Assembly: GCA_944332635.1 (NCBI GenBank)
Contig: CALVKI010000010.1
Span: 21,579-85,578, forward strand
From: an uncultured Bacilli bacterium
GTDB taxonomy: Bacteria; Bacillota_I; Bacilli_A; RF39; UBA660
Length of the DNA: 64,000 nucleotides
Direction: 5' to 3'
In this document: positions 59,984-64,000 of the stretch, piece after piece
Layout of the letters: each line of letters begins with the position of its first letter
How positions within the stretch are numbered: the first letter of the stretch is position 1
Program-made: the position numbers and the translations under genes
Notes under the pieces: generated by a model
The model's input: the letters and a program-made list of their open reading frames with translations, nothing else
Database searches by the model: none
What the model was told of the DNA's origin: nothing

Positions 59984-60937
59984 ATGCATAAAAAAATTGT
60001 AGTTTTTGGAGGAGGAACAGGAATTTCTTATCTATTAAAAGGATTAAAAGATTTCCCATTAGATATTACAGCCGTTATTACCGTATCAGATAATGGAAGA
60101 TCAACAGGAAAGTTAAGGAAAGAGTTTAATACTCCTGCTGTAGGAGATATTAGAAAGGTTATTACAGCATTATCAGAAATAGATGACCCAATAAAAAAAA
60201 TGGTAGAATATCGATTTAATACATCAAGTGATCTAAATGGACATGCCGTAGGTAATTTGATATTAACGGCGATGCTAGATATAACAGGTTCATTAAAGGC
60301 ATCAATTTCTTCATTATGTAAATTATTTGACGTTAAACATACAGTCTTACCTATATCAGAAGATTCTTCTTTAACATTGATGGGATTAGATAAAGATGGA
60401 AACGTTATTGAAGGAGAAGAAGAAATTACACAATCCCATCACCAATTTCAAAAAATATATTATAAAGAAGAACCAAAAGTGTTACCTGAAGTAATAAATG
60501 CAATTCAAAATGCCGATCTAATTGTATTTAGCATGGGTAGTCTTTACACTAGTATTTTACCAAATGTAATTTGCAATGAAGTAAAAAGCGCATTAAAGGA
60601 AACTAAAGCTCCAATAATGTATTTATGTAATGCTGTTACTCAGCCAGGTGAAACAGATAATTTTACAGTTAGTGATCATATAAAATTATTAAATAAGTAT
60701 TTAGATTTTAGAAAAATTGATGTAGTTATTGCAAGTAATACAAAAATTGAAAAGAAAATAGCCGAAAAATATGCTACAGCTGAACAAAAAGATCCAGTAA
60801 AAATTGATTATACAGCTATTGAGAATCTTGGAACAGAACTTATAGAAGAAGACTTAATCACAATAGAAGATAATACTTTAAGACATAATAGTTTGAAGTT
60901 AAGCTCTTTGGTGTTTAATTATTTAATGAGGAATTAA
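59984..60937 (+). CDS. yvcK: Gluconeogenesis factor YvcK (UPF0052/CofD-like)
   Basis: Begins KIVVFGGGTGISYLLKGLK. It is followed by whiA, as in the Bacillus yvcJKL arrangement. Confidence 0.85.
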   Translation: MHKKIVVFGGGTGISYLLKGLKDFPLDITAVITVSDNGRSTGKLRKEFNTPAVGDIRKVITALSEIDDPIKKMVEYRFNTSSDLNGHAVGNLILTAMLDITGSLKASISSLCKLFDVKHTVLPISEDSSLTLMGLDKDGNVIEGEEEITQSHHQFQKIYYKEEPKVLPEVINAIQNADLIVFSMGSLYTSILPNVICNEVKSALKETKAPIMYLCNAVTQPGETDNFTVSDHIKLLNKYLDFRKIDVVIASNTKIEKKIAEKYATAEQKDPVKIDYTAIENLGTELIEEDLITIEDNTLRHNSLKLSSLVFNYLMRN

Positions 60938-61876
60938 ATGTCATATACGACAGATATAAAAGAAGAAATATCTAAAAACATTGGTTCCAAATCTGAAATA
61001 ATCGCTGAATTGTCGGGGTATATTAGAAATAATGGACATCATACTTTAAATGGGTTTCAATTAACAACAGAAAATCCTTTAATATGTGATAAAATAGAAC
61101 AGCAAATGGAAACTTTATATGAGGTGAATATAAAAAAAGAAATAAAAGATAGCCTAAATTTCAGTAAAAAAGATTTATTTGTATTAACAATTGAAGAAAA
61201 AAAAGACTTTATTTTAGAAGATATTGGCTATCAAGATAAAAAGGGAAATTATCTGCATATACCACCACAATACATTATAGGAGCTAATGAAGAGATAAGA
61301 GCATATTTAAAGGGTGTGTTTTTAAGTTCTGGAAGTATAAATGATCCAAAAACATCAAGATACCATATGGAACTTTTAATAGAAGAACCGAGCGAAGCAG
61401 TCTTTGTTCAAAAATTATTAAATCTATTTGATTTAAATGTAAAAATATTAACAAGAGATAAAGGGTATATGCTATATATAAAAGAGGCAGATAAAATTAG
61501 TGATTACTTAAAAATTATCAGAGCAAATAATGCAGTGCTATATTTTGAAAACCAAAGAATTTATCGTAATCAAAAAAATCAAGCTAATCGTTTAAATAAT
61601 TGCGAACAAGCTAATATGGATAAAATAGTCGCAACAGCAACAGCTCAATTAGATGACATTGTAATTATAGAAGAAAACTTAGGAAAAAGCTTATTAGATG
61701 AAAAAACACAACAAGCTCTAGAATATAGAAAGAAATATCCAGAGGCTTCGTTGAAAGAATTAAGTGAAATTATTTCCATAGAAACTGGGATTAAGATTAC
61801 AAAATCAGGATTAAATCATAGATTTAGAAAGATTAAAGAATTAGCAATCAGATTTAAAAATTTAGAAAAAAAATAG
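60938..61876 (+). CDS. whiA: DNA-binding protein WhiA
   Basis: 312 aa with a LAGLIDADG-like N-terminal domain and a C-terminal HTH. Confidence 0.85.
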   Translation: MSYTTDIKEEISKNIGSKSEIIAELSGYIRNNGHHTLNGFQLTTENPLICDKIEQQMETLYEVNIKKEIKDSLNFSKKDLFVLTIEEKKDFILEDIGYQDKKGNYLHIPPQYIIGANEEIRAYLKGVFLSSGSINDPKTSRYHMELLIEEPSEAVFVQKLLNLFDLNVKILTRDKGYMLYIKEADKISDYLKIIRANNAVLYFENQRIYRNQKNQANRLNNCEQANMDKIVATATAQLDDIVIIEENLGKSLLDEKTQQALEYRKKYPEASLKELSEIISIETGIKITKSGLNHRFRKIKELAIRFKNLEKK

Positions 61877-62397
61877 AACTATCAATAAAACAATTAATAA
61901 GAATAGAAACATTATAAAAAAACGATTGGTTAAAACCATAATTCAATTTTATGATGTGAACACTATTCGATAAACATTTATAAAAAAATCCACACGAAAA
62001 AAATCATTTTCGTGTATGAAAATTTATGTTAACGACATCTATACACGTTATTTGAAACTTATGATAGTTTCTTTTTTTATTTTGAACACCAAAATATAAT
62101 GTACACTCATAGTATTGTTTATTTTCTTAAAAGAAAGTTGTTTTTAACAAAATAACTTAAAATAATTTACCTATGACATTAATTATACTGAATTAAATTA
62201 CTAAAATTTTAGTAATATCTTACTGGACTTTTATTTGTAATATTTGGCTTTTCATTCTTTCAATATTGTATATTATATTTTCACTTAAAATTTCATATAA
62301 ATATTTAATGTAAAAACTCAAACATTTTTCATTAACATTTGACTACATATCTTTTTACTGTATTGATTTAATGACTTATAATGTAACTTTATTATCA

Positions 62398-62973
62398 CTA
62401 TTTTTTAATTACTTTATCTATCAAACCATATAAAACGGCTTCATCTGCATCTAAATAATAGTCTCTTTCAGTATCTTTTTCTATTTTTTTTAAAGGCTTT
62501 TTAGTATTTTTGGATAGAATTTTATTTAATTTTTTGCGAAGTAAGATAATTCTGTCAGCTGCAATTTTAATATCACTAGCTTGACCTTCAGCTCCTCCTA
62601 AAGGTTGATGAATCATAATATCTGCATTTGGCAAAGAATATCTTTTGCCAGGAGTACCACTAGAAAGTAAAAAGGCCCCCATACTAGCTGCCATACCAAT
62701 GCAAATAGTAGAAACATCACTAGCAATAAATTGCATTGTATCATAAATTGCGAATCCAGACGAAACACTACCACCTGGAGAATTAATATAAATAGAAATG
62801 TCATTATGATTAATTGAATCTAAATAAAGCAAGGAAGCAACAACGGTATTTGCTAAAGAATCATTAATTTCCCCACTAATAAATATAATACGTTCTTTTA
62901 ATAATCTAGAAAAAATATCATAACTACGTTCACCATCAAACTCTTTATCAATAACAACAGGAACTAAACTCAT
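62398..62973 (-). CDS. clpP: ATP-dependent Clp protease proteolytic subunit
   Basis: Has the catalytic-Ser motif [11 protein letters not shown] and the His motif IMIHQPLGG. Confidence 0.95.
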   Translation of the reverse strand: MSLVPVVIDKEFDGERSYDIFSRLLKERIIFISGEINDSLANTVVASLLYLDSINHNDISIYINSPGGSVSSGFAIYDTMQFIASDVSTICIGMAASMGAFLLSSGTPGKRYSLPNADIMIHQPLGGAEGQASDIKIAADRIILLRKKLNKILSKNTKKPLKKIEKDTERDYYLDADEAVLYGLIDKVIKK

Positions 62974-63078
62974 CTAAATCACCTAGTTTTAGTATAAGTG
63001 TAAAGCAAAAAAAATATGCATATTCTAAAACGACAAAGTATGATATAATAATAAGAGAAAATATAGAGGGTGAAAGAA

Positions 63079-64000
63079 ATGATAGAAACAATTGAAGTGG
63101 AAATAAAAGGTAAAAAATATCAAATAAGTAAAGGAATGACATTAGAAGAAATTTCTACGGAATTTCAAAAACATTTTAAGTATCCTATATTATTAGCAAA
63201 AGTTAATAACAGATTAAAAGAATTAACAAAGACAATAGAAGAATATTCTGTAATCGAATTTTTAGATTTAACGTCAAAAGAAGGAAATAGTACACATATC
63301 AGTGGACTTACCTATGTATTACTTTATGCGGTAAAAAAATTATTTGGTGAAAATGCAGACATTATTGTCCAGCATTCATTAGATAAAGGCGTTTATATAG
63401 AAACAACATTTAAATTAACTGAAAATAAAATTAAAAATATAAAAGAAACGATGATAAAAATAATTGATGCTGACACTCCTATCATTAGGAGCACCGTAGA
63501 TAGATCAGAAGCAATAAAATATTTTAAAAGTAAAAATGATGATTCCAAAGCCGGTGTATTATCATATACAACAAATGGATATGTAACTTTATATAGATTA
63601 GGAAATTGTTATAATTATTTTTATAATCACATGCCAACATCAACAGGAAAAGTAAAAGATTTTGATTTAACATATATAAAAGAAAATGGATTTGTATTGC
63701 AATTTCCAACTGTTTTTCAACCAGATAAAATCCCAACTTATAAACACCATCCACATATGTTTGAGGTTTTTCAAGAATATAGAGATTGGGCTAAGATTAT
63801 AGGTGTGGAAAATTCTGTTGATTTAAATAGATTAGTGTCATTAGGAAAAATTAATGATTTAATTCGCATAGATGAAACATTACAAAGTAATCGGTTACTG
63901 AACTTAGCAAAAGAAATTAATAAGAGAAGAAAAGAGATAAAAATAGTTTTAATGGCTGGTCCTTCTTCATCGGGAAAAACAACAACTTCAAGAAAATTAA
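63079..64000 (+). CDS. TGS-domain / uridine kinase family fusion protein (3' end outside window)
   Basis: Frame open from the ATG at 63079 to the window end. Has an N-terminal ThrRS/TGS-like region and a P-loop VLMAGPSSSGKTTTSRKL at the start of the Udk/PRK-like kinase domain. An RBS AGAGGGTGA lies upstream. Confidence 0.55.
   Translation, partial: MIETIEVEIKGKKYQISKGMTLEEISTEFQKHFKYPILLAKVNNRLKELTKTIEEYSVIEFLDLTSKEGNSTHISGLTYVLLYAVKKLFGENADIIVQHSLDKGVYIETTFKLTENKIKNIKETMIKIIDADTPIIRSTVDRSEAIKYFKSKNDDSKAGVLSYTTNGYVTLYRLGNCYNYFYNHMPTSTGKVKDFDLTYIKENGFVLQFPTVFQPDKIPTYKHHPHMFEVFQEYRDWAKIIGVENSVDLNRLVSLGKINDLIRIDETLQSNRLLNLAKEINKRRKEIKIVLMAGPSSSGKTTTSRKL

Noticed and set aside
1-64000. Search for tRNA, rRNA and CRISPR arrays
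   Set aside because: There are no GC-rich cloverleaf-like segments, no T-loop GGTTCGAATCC-type motifs, no 16S/23S-like conserved blocks, and no regularly spaced direct repeats of 25-40 bp.

Overview
This window is AT-rich (about 30% GC) chromosomal DNA from a low-GC Firmicute that uses the standard genetic code (no UGA-as-Trp). It appears to be an endospore former, since spoIIR, whiA and a SpoIIQ-like M23 gene are present. This points to a Clostridia or Erysipelotrichia-type organism. Gene order is largely Bacillus-like. Most of the window is housekeeping: ychF, rpsF-ssb-rpsR, rplI, dnaB, rlmH, ung, pta, PBP1A, argS, rpoE, prfA-prmC-spoIIR, fba-murA, rpmE, rpiB, mbl/mreB, tagO, cspA, hpf-secA, prfB with its programmed +1 frameshift, ftsEX plus an M23 activator, uvrB/uvrA, lgt, yvcK-whiA and clpP. 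Several accessory or unusual regions interrupt this backbone. The main one is a complete but previously uncalled agr-type quorum-sensing module at about 33.9-37.4 kb. It consists of a REC-LytTR response regulator and an AgrC/VirS-like histidine kinase on the plus strand, facing a convergently transcribed agrB-agrD pair on the minus strand. The 40-aa AgrD precursor (MKKRLSQILMALAILVTGSASLGCILFVMEEPTSNNLFQD, predicted thiolactone core CILFV) is missing from the ORF track, and agrB is split by a -1 frameshift in a poly-A tract. A cluster of five DnaA-box-like 9-mers plus a 25-aa tyrosine-integrase N-terminal stub and an Ord-like dehydrogenase gene are inserted between secA and prfB. A decayed IS3-family element with recognisable terminal inverted repeats lies in a small island upstream of uvrB. 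A radical SAM/SPASM enzyme and a 394-aa unknown protein are inserted inside the uvrB-uvrA pair, and uvrA has acquired its own promoter with a Cheo-like LexA box. There are three independent -1 frameshifts in A/T homopolymers, in the acyltransferase-3 gene, a 420-aa hypothetical gene and agrB. These are most likely homopolymer sequencing errors, less likely phase variation. No tRNA, rRNA or CRISPR features were found.
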